A DNA stretch of 64,000 nucleotides from Bacteroidales bacterium (GTDB lineage Bacteria > Bacteroidota > Bacteroidia > Bacteroidales > VadinHA17), in contig JAUVKT010000001.1 in assembly GCA_030596125.1 (NCBI GenBank), positions 28,860 through 92,859 on the forward strand, written 5' to 3'. Positions 43,060 to 52,624 of the stretch are shown piece by piece. The notes below the pieces were generated by a model. That model had not been told where the DNA came from and made no database searches. It worked only from the letters and a program-made list of their open reading frames with translations. Each line of letters opens with the position of its first letter. The stretch's first letter is position 1. A program made the translations under genes and the position numbers.

Positions 43060-44445
43060 ATGACACTTATTAAATCAATTTCCGGAATAAGAGGGACAAT
43101 AGGAGGTGCTCCTGGTGAGGGACTTAGTCCGATTGACGTAGTTAAGTTCACCTCAGGTTATGGTGAGTGGATTAAAAGAAAAGGTAATAAAGACAGCAGG
43201 ATGATAATTGTTGGTCGTGATGCCAGGGTATCGGGTGATATTGTAAACAGACTGGTTACTGCAACGCTTAACGGAATGGGTCTTGATGTGACAGATATTG
43301 GAATGGCAACAACCCCAACTGTTGAAATGGTAGTTATCCATGAGAATGCCAGAGGAGGTATAATCCTTACAGCAAGCCATAACCCGGAAAACTGGAATGC
43401 CCTGAAGCTACTTAATGAAAGTGGTGAATTCATCTCTGATGCCGATGGCAGGGATATACTCACAATTGTTGAAAATAATGATTTTTTATTCTCAGAAGTT
43501 GATAATCTTGGCAAGATAATTACGAAGCCCGGTTATGAAGAGCTTCATTTTAACAGGATAATCGACCTTCCTGAAGTTGATATTGATGCTATCAGGTCGG
43601 CAGGGTTTACGGTAGCAGTTGACGGAGTAAATTCTGTTGGTGGTACTGTTGTACCGGATCTGCTGGAAAGACTGGGTGTGAAATCGGTTATCAGGGTGAA
43701 TTGTGAACCAACGGGTCATTTTTCCCATAATCCCGAACCTCTTCCGGAGAATCTCGGTCAGATTGTTTCTGCTGTTAAGGAGAGCGGGGCAGATGTGGGA
43801 TTTGTTGTAGATCCTGATGTCGACAGGCTGGCAATAGTTAACGAAGATGGCAGCCTCTTTAATGAAGAATATACTCTTGTTGCCTGTTCAGACTACATAC
43901 TTTCAAAGAGAGCAGGTAATACTGTATCAAACATGTCGTCAACAAGGGCATTACGGGATGTTACCAGTGTGTATGGCGGAGAATGGTATGCTTCAGCGGT
44001 GGGGGAGGTAAACGTAGTAAAAAAAATGAAGGAGGTTAATGCTGTCATTGGAGGGGAAGGAAACGGAGGCGTGATATTTCCGGCTCTTCATTATGGCAGG
44101 GATGCCCTTGTAGGTATAGCCCTTTTCCTGTCTCACCTTGCGCAATCGCGTCTAAAATGTTCTGAACTGCGATTTAAGTATCCTCAATATGTTATATCAA
44201 AGAATAAGATTAGTTTACCCGAAGGAACAAACCCTGATGCTATTATAGAACTCCTGGCAGTTGAGTATGAAAAGTCGGTAGCCAATAGTGATGATGGATT
44301 ATTGCTTGAAATTGAAGGCGGCTGGGTACAGGTTCGCAAATCAAATACAGAACCGATTATTAGAGTCTATTCGGAGGGTAACAACCAGGCTGATGCAGAT
44401 AGCCTGGCTGCCGGAATCATAAAAAGTGTTAAAAATCATCTTTGA
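43060..44445 (+). CDS. glmM: Phosphoglucosamine mutase / phosphohexomutase
   Basis: It has the active-site loop TASHNPENWNALK, the metal-binding motif VVDPDVDRL, and the four-domain length of 461 aa. Confidence 0.85.
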   Translation: MTLIKSISGIRGTIGGAPGEGLSPIDVVKFTSGYGEWIKRKGNKDSRMIIVGRDARVSGDIVNRLVTATLNGMGLDVTDIGMATTPTVEMVVIHENARGGIILTASHNPENWNALKLLNESGEFISDADGRDILTIVENNDFLFSEVDNLGKIITKPGYEELHFNRIIDLPEVDIDAIRSAGFTVAVDGVNSVGGTVVPDLLERLGVKSVIRVNCEPTGHFSHNPEPLPENLGQIVSAVKESGADVGFVVDPDVDRLAIVNEDGSLFNEEYTLVACSDYILSKRAGNTVSNMSSTRALRDVTSVYGGEWYASAVGEVNVVKKMKEVNAVIGGEGNGGVIFPALHYGRDALVGIALFLSHLAQSRLKCSELRFKYPQYVISKNKISLPEGTNPDAIIELLAVEYEKSVANSDDGLLLEIEGGWVQVRKSNTEPIIRVYSEGNNQADADSLAAGIIKSVKNHL

Positions 44446-44580
44446 GGCATAAATAATAGAAGATCCCGGGAATAAATGAACAACCTTCGTTGTCAAATCA
44501 ACAGATCAAACATTTTGTTCAGATATCTGTTAATTATTGTTAAATAACGCTTTATAAGAAATCTGTGGCTCGAAAATTGA

Positions 44581-44588
44581 TAATTTTG
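44581..44588 (+). promoter_or_regulatory. TAnnTTTG -7 motif (TAATTTTG) upstream of MITE-like copy 1 and the macA-like gene
   Basis: Exact match. It is 15 nt upstream of the repeat element and 211 nt upstream of ATG 44800. Confidence 0.4.
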
Positions 44589-44603
44589 ACCACGGGATTA
44601 ATA

Positions 44604-44779
44604 GCCTGATTAATTCATAAGTTTTTCGTCATGAAAAGTCAAAGTACACAGAATAAAGGTAAGCGCAGATTTGAGACTCACAGATATAGCCATAGCTATA
44701 TTGAGAATCGAAAATCGAGCATTGCCTTTAGTCACAGTAATTTGACTTCGTAATAGATCAATTTGTGAATTATTCAGGC
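44604..44779 (+). mobile_element. MITE-like palindromic dispersed repeat, copy 1
   Basis: The 174-bp core (44605-44778) matches 57228-57401. By my manual alignment there are 15 substitutions and no indels. It has terminal inverted repeats (CCTGATTAATTCATAAGTT… / …CAATTTGTGAATTATTCAGG) and TA dinucleotides on both flanks. No transposase gene lies in the window. Confidence 0.65.
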
Positions 44780-44799
44780 TAAATTAATAAACAAGAAAA

Positions 44800-46206
44800 A
44801 TGAGAAAGACATTACTTATTTCAGGAGGCATAGTTATTGTCGCCATAATAGCTCTGGTTATTTTCAACAGGCTTACCAGAACCGATGACAAGACCTTCCT
44901 TTATACGGAAGCAAAGATGGGATTATTTGAAATATTGGTTACAACTACCGGCGAATTGCAGGCAGAGAATTCTACTGAGATAAAGGGGCCGGACGGTCTG
45001 GGCAGTCGTAATATGAGATTCAGAAATATTCTTATCCAGGATCTTATTCCTGAAGGTACTGTTGTACAGAAAGGCGATTATGTTGCAACACTCGACAGGT
45101 CCGACGCAGATAACACCTATAAGGATGAACTTGACAAGCTTGAGTCTGCAGAGAATGACTATACGATGAAGATGCTTGATACAACAATTACCCTGGGTGA
45201 CCTTAGGGACGATCTCATTAACCTGAAATATAATATGGAAGAGGCTGAAATTACACTGGAACAGTCAAAGTATGAGCCTCCGACCACTATACGCCAGAAC
45301 AGGATAAATCTGGATAAAACAAAAAGAGGTTACGAGCAGGCACAGAAAAATTATGTGCTAAAGGTTCAACAGGCTAAAGCTGATGTCAGGGAATCCCGGC
45401 TTGAACTACAGAAACAGAGAAATAAGGTTGCTGAGATGGAACGGGTACTGAGTCAGTTTACAATTACTGCACCGGCGCCGGGAATGGTAATTTATAAAAG
45501 AGAGTGGGGAGGAGAAAAGCGTAAAGTAGGATCAAATATCAGTCCGTGGGACCCGGTAGTGGCTACCCTCCCTGATCTTTCGGTCATGATATCCAAGACG
45601 TATGTTAATGAGATCGATATCAGTAAAGTAACTACGGGACAGAGTGTGCGTATTACTGTTGATGCATTCCCTGATAAAAGATATAGCGGGACAGTTTTAA
45701 GTGTTGCCAATATCGGAGAGCAGTTGCCAAATACCGATGCAAAGGTCTTTGAGGTGATTATCAAGATAGAAGGTTATGATCCCATTTTAAGGCCTTCGAT
45801 GACTACAGGTAACCAGGTAGTAACCAATGTGTTTGAAGATGCAATTTATATTCCTCTTGAGTGTGTTCATGCTACTGAGGATAGTATTCCTTATGTGTTC
45901 AAAAAGAATAATTCACGACAGGTTGTTGTCCTGGGTGCATCAAACGAGAATGAGGTTATTGTAGAGCAGGGTCTTAAACATAAAGAATCAGTCTATTTAA
46001 GTTTGCCTGAAAATGCTGAGAATTTTAAGCTGGCAGGCAACGACTTAATAGAGGTGATTAAGAGCAGAGAGAGGGAAAAGCGTGAGAAGGAGCTTGAACT
46101 TGCCCGTCAGAATAACCGGCGGGAAGGAATGAAATCGCAGCAGAATAATTCTGAAATGAGAGAGCGTGGTGCACGCCCCGGCGGTGGAACAACCGGTTCT
46201 AAATAA
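44800..46206 (+). CDS. HlyD/MacA-type periplasmic adaptor (membrane fusion protein)
   Basis: It has an N-terminal TM, a long coiled-coil hairpin region and a beta-barrel domain. It is followed by a MacB-type permease and a TolC-like gene. Confidence 0.8.
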   Translation: MRKTLLISGGIVIVAIIALVIFNRLTRTDDKTFLYTEAKMGLFEILVTTTGELQAENSTEIKGPDGLGSRNMRFRNILIQDLIPEGTVVQKGDYVATLDRSDADNTYKDELDKLESAENDYTMKMLDTTITLGDLRDDLINLKYNMEEAEITLEQSKYEPPTTIRQNRINLDKTKRGYEQAQKNYVLKVQQAKADVRESRLELQKQRNKVAEMERVLSQFTITAPAPGMVIYKREWGGEKRKVGSNISPWDPVVATLPDLSVMISKTYVNEIDISKVTTGQSVRITVDAFPDKRYSGTVLSVANIGEQLPNTDAKVFEVIIKIEGYDPILRPSMTTGNQVVTNVFEDAIYIPLECVHATEDSIPYVFKKNNSRQVVVLGASNENEVIVEQGLKHKESVYLSLPENAENFKLAGNDLIEVIKSREREKREKELELARQNNRREGMKSQQNNSEMRERGARPGGGTTGSK

Positions 46207-46223
46207 TATAGTATATAACAATT

Positions 46224-47585
46224 ATGTATAAGAGATATTTTCATGATGTGGTAATCGCCTTTGAGGCAATTCTCGCCAATAAACTGAAGTCGATCCTTAC
46301 AGCTCTCGGTATAATATTTGGCGTGGCTGCAGTTATCAGTATGCTTGCTATTGGTAAGGGGGCGCAACAGGAGATACTCGATCAAATGGAGATGGTTGGA
46401 GTTAATAATATTCTTATCAGCCCAATAATCAAAACCGATGATTCTTCTGAGGAGGAGGGAGAGACGCAGCAGAAAAAATTTTCCAGAGGATTGACAATGC
46501 AGGATGTGGAAGCAATAGAAACAATTATGCCTTCAGTTAAAAGGATAAGTCCGGAGATATCATATAACTCCAATGTTGTTCTTAACGGGATGAGATATTC
46601 TGCAAAGCTTGTGGGTGTTACAAATGACTACTTCTTACTCTACAATCTGCCGCTTGATTACGGCAACTTTTTTAATAACTACCAGGAGGAACATGGTATC
46701 CAGGTATGCCTTATTGGTGCCAATATAAGAGCCAAATTCTTTTCGAAGATCAACCCCATAGGACAGTATATCAAGTTTGATGGTGTATGGCTGAAGGTTA
46801 TTGGTGTGCTCGAGAAGAGTAATGTCAATTTAACCGGATTTGAGGAGACAGGTGTAAATGTATATAACGATAACATTTATATTCCAATCAAGACTATGCT
46901 CCTGAGATATCAGAACAGAGCCCTGGTAAATACTAAACTTGTAACCCAGGCATCATCTATACTAAGATCACGTGGTCATGGTGTGAGGGTAATGGTAGGC
47001 GGCTCTGACCCTAATCAGTCTGCCTCAACAAATTATCACCAGCTCGACAGGATAGTAGTTCAGGTTGAGGAGACAGAACAGTTGAATACATCCACAGAAG
47101 TATTAAGCAGAATGATGCTGAGAAGACATTCCGATGTGAAGGATTTTGAGATTACGGTGCCTGAATTGCTTTTGAAGCAACAGCAACGAACCAAGGATAT
47201 ATTTAATGTTGTGCTTGGAGCAATTGCTAGTATTTCGCTTATAGTTGGAGGGATTGGCATAATGAATATAATGTTCGCTTCGGTAATGGAGCGGATAAAG
47301 GAGATCGGAACCAGAATGGCAATTGGTGCGAAAAAAATGGATATTGTCGTTCAGTTTCTCTCTGAGGCCATTCTGATAAGTGTTACAGGAGGTATTATAG
47401 GAATTTTCCTTGGGGTGATATTTTCAAGATTAATTGAAGAGATCGCAGATATATTAACAATTGTATCTCCATTCTCTGTTGTTGTTGCTTTCGGTGTATC
47501 AGCCGCCGTTGGTGTAATTTTCGGATATTCACCTGCCAAAAGGGCCGCCGAAAGAGATCCTATTGAATCTCTCAGATATGAATAA
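46224..47585 (+). CDS. MacB-type ABC transporter permease (no ATPase domain)
   Basis: 453 aa. An N-terminal TM is followed by a large periplasmic domain and a C-terminal FtsX 3-TM bundle (…GIGIMNIMFASVMERIKEIGTRMAIGAKK…). No Walker motifs are present. Confidence 0.85.
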   Translation: MYKRYFHDVVIAFEAILANKLKSILTALGIIFGVAAVISMLAIGKGAQQEILDQMEMVGVNNILISPIIKTDDSSEEEGETQQKKFSRGLTMQDVEAIETIMPSVKRISPEISYNSNVVLNGMRYSAKLVGVTNDYFLLYNLPLDYGNFFNNYQEEHGIQVCLIGANIRAKFFSKINPIGQYIKFDGVWLKVIGVLEKSNVNLTGFEETGVNVYNDNIYIPIKTMLLRYQNRALVNTKLVTQASSILRSRGHGVRVMVGGSDPNQSASTNYHQLDRIVVQVEETEQLNTSTEVLSRMMLRRHSDVKDFEITVPELLLKQQQRTKDIFNVVLGAIASISLIVGGIGIMNIMFASVMERIKEIGTRMAIGAKKMDIVVQFLSEAILISVTGGIIGIFLGVIFSRLIEEIADILTIVSPFSVVVAFGVSAAVGVIFGYSPAKRAAERDPIESLRYE

Positions 47586-47601
47586 TAATCAGTTAAGCAT
47601 A

Positions 47602-49086
47602 ATGACACGAATTTCAATAATACTATTTTTTCTATTAGTTGTTTCTCTTCTTAATGTCTCAGTTGCACAAGAAGTTAAACGGTTATCTCTCGAAGATGTT
47701 ATTAAACTTGCAGATGATCAGTCACCTGATGCGATACTGGCAAAACACAGGTTCAGGGCCAGCTACTGGCAGTACAGGACATTTAAAGCAGAATATCTTC
47801 CTTCACTCACCCTTAGCGGGAATTTACCTGATTATAGCAGGATATATGAGAAGGAGTATGACTATAGCTCGGGTCAGGAATACTATGTTGAGAAAAATAC
47901 CAATAACCTTTCGACAACTATGTCGCTATCGCAAAACATCGGACTTACAGGAGGGAGCCTCTTTATACAGTCTGATTTTAGAAGGTTTGATGTTTTAGGG
48001 GAGGATGGATCAACTCAGTATATCTCAACTCCGGTAAGTATTGGTTTCTCACAACCTCTTTTCAGATTTAACGAGTTGAAGTGGCAGAAGCAAATTGAGC
48101 CGATGAAATATGAAGAGGCTAAAAAGGGTTATCTTGATGAGGTCGAGACTGTTCACCTCAGGGCTGTAATGAGATTTTTCCAGCTCGCTCTTGCCCAGAT
48201 CAATGAGGAGATATCAGAAATGAATTACTCCAATGCTGATACACTTTACCGGATTGCAAAAGGAAGATATAATCTCGGAACAATTGCCGAGAATGAGTTA
48301 CTACAGATGGAGTTAACTTTTCTCAATGCCGGAACAGCCCGGAATAGCGCAGAGATTAACCTCAGGAATATGGAGTTGAGGTTGCGCTCTTTCCTGGGTT
48401 TTAATGAAAATATACGGATCGAACTGGTCATACCTGATAAGATACCCGATTTTGAGATTGAAATGGATGAAGCACTCAGGCTTGCCACCGAAAATAACCC
48501 TGAGATACTAAGCCTCGATCGTCAGCTTCTCGAAGCAAGGCGTGATGTTGCTCAGGCAAAGGCAGACAAAGGCCTCAATGCAAATATGAATGTGTCATAT
48601 GGACTAAAAGGACAGGATGTTACTATTCCCGGAGCCTACAATGGGCTTGATGACCAACAGAGAATAAGTATTGGTTTCTCGGTTCCGATCGCAGACTGGG
48701 GCTTAGGCCGGGGACGTTATCGAATGGCTCAATCGAGTGAGGAGGTTGTGAAATCACAGGTACATCAGTCAATAGTCGATTTTGAACAGAGCGTATTTCT
48801 TGATGTAGCCCAGTTTAACCTCCAGGATGACCAGGTTCGGACAGCTGCTAAATCTGATACAGTTGCAATGAAAATGTATGAGGTTACAAAACAGCGATTC
48901 CTGATCGGTAATGTGGACGTGCTTGATCTTAACAATGCCGATACAAAGAAAGATGAGAACAGAAGAGGATATATCCAGGCCCTGCAAAATTACTGGACCT
49001 ACTATTATAACTTGCGACGGCTTACACTGTTTGATTTTGAAAACAGAATTTCTCTTGAGACTGATTTCGACAAGTTAGTCGACTAA
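47602..49086 (+). CDS. TolC family outer membrane efflux protein
   Basis: Signal peptide from ATG 47602 (MTRISIILFFLLVVSLLNVSVAQE). It has a two-repeat OEP architecture. The ORF-track TTG at 47563 and the ATG at 47578 are possible but add residues before the signal peptide. Confidence 0.8.
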   Translation: MTRISIILFFLLVVSLLNVSVAQEVKRLSLEDVIKLADDQSPDAILAKHRFRASYWQYRTFKAEYLPSLTLSGNLPDYSRIYEKEYDYSSGQEYYVEKNTNNLSTTMSLSQNIGLTGGSLFIQSDFRRFDVLGEDGSTQYISTPVSIGFSQPLFRFNELKWQKQIEPMKYEEAKKGYLDEVETVHLRAVMRFFQLALAQINEEISEMNYSNADTLYRIAKGRYNLGTIAENELLQMELTFLNAGTARNSAEINLRNMELRLRSFLGFNENIRIELVIPDKIPDFEIEMDEALRLATENNPEILSLDRQLLEARRDVAQAKADKGLNANMNVSYGLKGQDVTIPGAYNGLDDQQRISIGFSVPIADWGLGRGRYRMAQSSEEVVKSQVHQSIVDFEQSVFLDVAQFNLQDDQVRTAAKSDTVAMKMYEVTKQRFLIGNVDVLDLNNADTKKDENRRGYIQALQNYWTYYYNLRRLTLFDFENRISLETDFDKLVD

Positions 49087-49111
49087 AACCAAAGGTGTAA
49101 TTTTCTTAGTA

Positions 49112-49150
49112 AAGGATCTGAATTTTTTGTTTGTCAGGTCCTTTTTTATT
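49112..49150 (+). terminator. Rho-independent terminator after the TolC-like gene
   Basis: A 10-bp stem pairs AAGGATCTGA with TCAGGTCCTT, including one G-U pair. The loop is 12 nt and a TTTTTTATTT run follows. It starts 26 nt after the stop codon. Confidence 0.75.
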
Positions 49151-49153
49151 TAA

Positions 49154-49161
49154 TATCTTTG
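49154..49161 (+). promoter_or_regulatory. TAnnTTTG -7 motif (TATCTTTG) before secDF
   Basis: Exact match, just after the upstream terminator and 58 nt before ATG 49220. Confidence 0.5.
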
Positions 49162-49219
49162 CACGTCCTTTTAAAGGCAGTTAACAAACAACAAATAAGC
49201 AATATAAAACTAATTCAAA

Positions 49220-52200
49220 ATGCAAAACAAGGGAGCTATTCTATTTTTGGCCATTGCACTTGCCCTGGTCTCAGTTTATCAACTTTCATTTACCGGCGCA
49301 AGCTATAAGGTAAAGAAGGAAGCACAGGCAGCATCAAAGGGTGATCTGAAGGCAGAGTTTTTATATCTCGATTCCATAGCATCTCTAACTCAGAATGAGT
49401 GGAGTTTTCTTGGAAATACTTTCAGGGAGGTGCAGTCAAAAGAGTTGAACCTGGGTCTTGACCTTAAAGGTGGGATGAACGTGATTCTGGAAGTGTCTGT
49501 TGAAGATATTGTAAGGGCTTTGTCAAATTATAGTACCGATAAAACATTTAATGATGCCATATCTTTAACAAAGGATAAAAGAAAAGATAGCCAGAGAAAT
49601 TTTATCGAACTGTTCGGAGAATCTTTTGCTGAAATTGATCCCAATGCGAGCCTTGCTGCTGTTTTTGGGACAATTGAACTGAAAGACAAGATAAATTTCA
49701 ATTCAACAAATGAAGATGTTTTGAATGTGCTGACCGATGAGACAGAGAACGCAATCGATAACGCCTTTAATATACTGCGCAGCAGGATTGACAGGTTTGG
49801 TGTCACACAGCCAAATATATCAAGACTGGAAGCAAGAGGAAGGATACTGATTGAATTGCCAGGTGTCAAAGATCCCGCGAGAGTCAGGGAATTACTACAG
49901 GGAACAGCTAAACTTGAGTTCTGGGAGACGTATGAAAATCCTGAGTTAATCGGATATCTTTCGGAAGCTAATTCTCTGCTCAGGACTTTTGAGGAGGAAG
50001 CCAGGGCTGCCGTCGTTGCCGAAGAGGATGTAGATCAGGGAGATACTTCTGCTGATGATCTGTCGGGAGAAGAACAGCAAGACACAACAGGAGGGGAATC
50101 TTTACTCGATATGATAACCGATTCCACAGATGAAAGTGAACCGGCCACCCTTGCTGAGTTTAAACTCCGGAATCCGCTCTTTGGTGTATTAAATCCTGCT
50201 GTATCAAGAGATGGCCAGCCATTGTATTCAAGTGTGGTTGGCTGGTCACATTACAGGGATACTGCAAAAGCAATGGAATACCTGAAAATGAACCATATAA
50301 AAGCTCTTTTCCCAAGGGATGTAAGGTTCTATTGGGCAAGTGATGCTGTTAAATGGGACGAAACTGAAAGCACTTATGAACTTCATGCAATAAGAGTTAC
50401 AACCAGGGATGGCAGGGCTCCTCTTGATGGTGATGTGGTTACTTCCGCAAGAGTATCATACGGTCAGACCGGATCCAGCGCCAAAGTTGATATGTCAATG
50501 AACGCTGAAGGGGCCAAGATATGGGCAAGACTCACCCGTGAAAATACAGGGCGTTTTCTTGCCGTATTGCTTGATAATTATGTAAGATCATCAGCAAGGG
50601 TCTCAGGAGAGATTAAAGGTGGTAGCACTGAGATTACCGGTGACTTTACTATTGAAGAGGCTGAAGACCTTGCAAATATTCTGAAATCAGGTAAGTTGCC
50701 GGCTCCGGCCAAGATACTTCAGGATACCGTCGTGGGACCTACTCTTGGTAAAGAGGCAATCCAGGCAGGTCTCAGATCATTCCTGATCGCCTTCTTTTTT
50801 GTATTGCTTTATATGGTATTTTACTATAGCCGCAGGGCAGGTCTTGTTGCCGATATGGCCCTGTTATTGAATATGTTCTTTATAATGGGGGTGCTGGCAT
50901 CCCTTGGAGCTGTTCTTACTCTGCCTGGAATTGCCGGTATTGTGCTTACAATTGGTATGTCGGTTGATGCCAACGTTCTTATCTATGAGAGGATAAAGGA
51001 AGAATTGAAACAGGGGAAGGGAATGAAACTTGCAATAGCTGATGGTTACAAAAATGCCTATTCTGCAATTATAGACGCTAACGTTACAACCCTGCTAACC
51101 GGTATTGTACTCTATGTTTTTGGTACAGGTCCTATCAAAGGATTTGCAACAACCCTCGTTATAGGTATTATTACTTCTCTTTTCTCGGCAATTTTTATTA
51201 CAAGATTGATCTACGAACATTTTCTAAAGAAAAATTATACCCTTGCATTTTCCACAAGAATTACAGAGAATGCATTTAAAAATATGAAAATCAATTTTAT
51301 TGGAAAGCGTAAGATTTTTTATGTTATTTCAGGTATAATCATATTGATCGGACTGACTTCCCTCTTTGTAAAAGGATTAAACCCGGGAATCGATTTTTCG
51401 GGAGGCCGTACTTATGTCGTTCGCTTTGAGGAACCAGTTTCTACAACTGATGTAGCCTTAAGGCTTGAAGAAGTTTATGGTGAAGCACCCCAGGTTGTTG
51501 TATTTGGCAGTGAAAACCAGGTTAAGATTACAACCAAATACAGAATTGATGAACCGGAAGCAGAGTCAGAAGTTGAAGATCTTTTATACCAGGGATTACA
51601 ACCGATGGTGGGTGATGTGGATAAAACAACATTCCTGTCTGATTACAGGGTCAGTTCTGAAACAGTCGGACCAACAATTGCTGATGATATTAAGGTTAAG
51701 GCGATATGGGCTATAGTCTTTTCGCTGATCGTAATATTCCTCTATATACTTCTGAGGTTCAGAAACTGGCAGTTTGGCCTGGGTGCATTAGCAGCTCTTG
51801 TTCATGATGCTTTGATTGTACTCGGCCTGTTCTCTATCGGATATGGCATATTCCCCTTCTCACTTGAAATAGACCAGGCCTTTATTGCTGCCATATTAAT
51901 GGTTGTAGGTTATTCAATCAATGATACAGTTGTTGTTTTTGACCGTATAAGGGAGTACATGGGCCTCTACCGTAAAAGAGAACGCACAGAGATCCTCAAC
52001 CTGGCGCTTAACAGTACAATAAGTCGTACCTTCAGTACATCCCTGAGTACTTTTATTGTGGTATTTGCCATCTTTATATTCGGTGGTGAAGTAATACGTG
52101 GATTTACTTTTGCACTTCTTGTTGGTATTGTTGTGGGTACATACTCATCACTTTTTGTTGCGACATCAGTTGTTTATGACACAGTCAAAAGTGGCGAAAC

Positions 52201-52234
52201 AGAAAGGGTACTCAAGAGCAGAAAGAAAAGCTAA
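49220..52234 (+). CDS. secDF: Protein translocase subunit SecDF (fused)
   Basis: 1004 aa. The SecD half has a large periplasmic domain and the SecF half follows. Both 6-TM bundles are present (…VDANVLIYERIKEE… and …INDTVVVFDRIRE…). Confidence 0.95.
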   Translation: MQNKGAILFLAIALALVSVYQLSFTGASYKVKKEAQAASKGDLKAEFLYLDSIASLTQNEWSFLGNTFREVQSKELNLGLDLKGGMNVILEVSVEDIVRALSNYSTDKTFNDAISLTKDKRKDSQRNFIELFGESFAEIDPNASLAAVFGTIELKDKINFNSTNEDVLNVLTDETENAIDNAFNILRSRIDRFGVTQPNISRLEARGRILIELPGVKDPARVRELLQGTAKLEFWETYENPELIGYLSEANSLLRTFEEEARAAVVAEEDVDQGDTSADDLSGEEQQDTTGGESLLDMITDSTDESEPATLAEFKLRNPLFGVLNPAVSRDGQPLYSSVVGWSHYRDTAKAMEYLKMNHIKALFPRDVRFYWASDAVKWDETESTYELHAIRVTTRDGRAPLDGDVVTSARVSYGQTGSSAKVDMSMNAEGAKIWARLTRENTGRFLAVLLDNYVRSSARVSGEIKGGSTEITGDFTIEEAEDLANILKSGKLPAPAKILQDTVVGPTLGKEAIQAGLRSFLIAFFFVLLYMVFYYSRRAGLVADMALLLNMFFIMGVLASLGAVLTLPGIAGIVLTIGMSVDANVLIYERIKEELKQGKGMKLAIADGYKNAYSAIIDANVTTLLTGIVLYVFGTGPIKGFATTLVIGIITSLFSAIFITRLIYEHFLKKNYTLAFSTRITENAFKNMKINFIGKRKIFYVISGIIILIGLTSLFVKGLNPGIDFSGGRTYVVRFEEPVSTTDVALRLEEVYGEAPQVVVFGSENQVKITTKYRIDEPEAESEVEDLLYQGLQPMVGDVDKTTFLSDYRVSSETVGPTIADDIKVKAIWAIVFSLIVIFLYILLRFRNWQFGLGALAALVHDALIVLGLFSIGYGIFPFSLEIDQAFIAAILMVVGYSINDTVVVFDRIREYMGLYRKRERTEILNLALNSTISRTFSTSLSTFIVVFAIFIFGGEVIRGFTFALLVGIVVGTYSSLFVATSVVYDTVKSGETERVLKSRKKS

Positions 52235-52255
52235 ACGATTTATTAGAATATAAGA

Positions 52256-52288
52256 AAACCGCTTCAATTAAAACGAAGCGGTTTTTTT
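52256..52288 (+). terminator. Rho-independent terminator after secDF
   Basis: A perfect 10-bp stem pairs AAACCGCTTC with GAAGCGGTTT. The loop is 9 nt and a run of 7 T follows. It starts about 20 nt after the stop codon. Confidence 0.88.
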
Positions 52289-52329
52289 ATGTCATGCCGC
52301 CGATCGTTTGCCGGATCAATATTCTTTAT

Positions 52330-52337
52330 TAAATTTG
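52330..52337 (+). promoter_or_regulatory. TAnnTTTG -7 motif (TAAATTTG) before tatA
   Basis: Exact match, 20 nt before ATG 52358 and downstream of the secDF terminator. Confidence 0.5.
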
Positions 52338-52357
52338 TCGGGTAATTACTTATAATA

Positions 52358-52591
52358 ATGGGTGTATATCAGTTTATAAGCGGACAGGAGATATTTATAA
52401 TCATGGCGGTTGCCCTTATCTTTTTTGGTGCGAACAAAATTCCTGAAATAGCAAAGGGCCTTGGCAAAGGAATGAGAGAGTTTAAAAAAGCTACCGATGA
52501 TATAAAAAAGGAGTTTGATGAAAGCACCCGTGAAATGAAGGATGACATTAAGGATATTACAGATACTGTTAAAAAGGAGATGGATGATTAG
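52358..52591 (+). CDS. tatA: Twin-arginine translocase subunit TatA/E
   Basis: 77 aa. An N-terminal TM is followed by an amphipathic helix ([32 protein letters not shown]) and a charged tail. Confidence 0.85.
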   Translation: MGVYQFISGQEIFIIMAVALIFFGANKIPEIAKGLGKGMREFKKATDDIKKEFDESTREMKDDIKDITDTVKKEMDD

Positions 52592-52624
52592 TCTGTCTGA
52601 CTCCCGATTATAAAGAAACCCCGG

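Noticed and set aside
44446-44604. Imperfect hairpin AACAGAT…ATCTGTT and a 23-codon ORF after glmM.
   Set aside because: The stem is short and AT-rich with a poorly paired interior and no U-tract. The mini-ORF has no supporting features.
44631-44753. 40-codon ORF inside the MITE-like element (MKSQSTQNKGKRRFETHRYSHSYIENRKSSIAFSHSNLTS). It is intact in both copies; the second is at 57254-57376.
   Set aside because: Of the 10 codons that differ between copies, 9 are non-synonymous, including radical changes (E to L, H to L). This pattern does not support purifying selection on a peptide. The absence of indels in only two copies is weak evidence. I kept it as a note in the findings, not as a gene.
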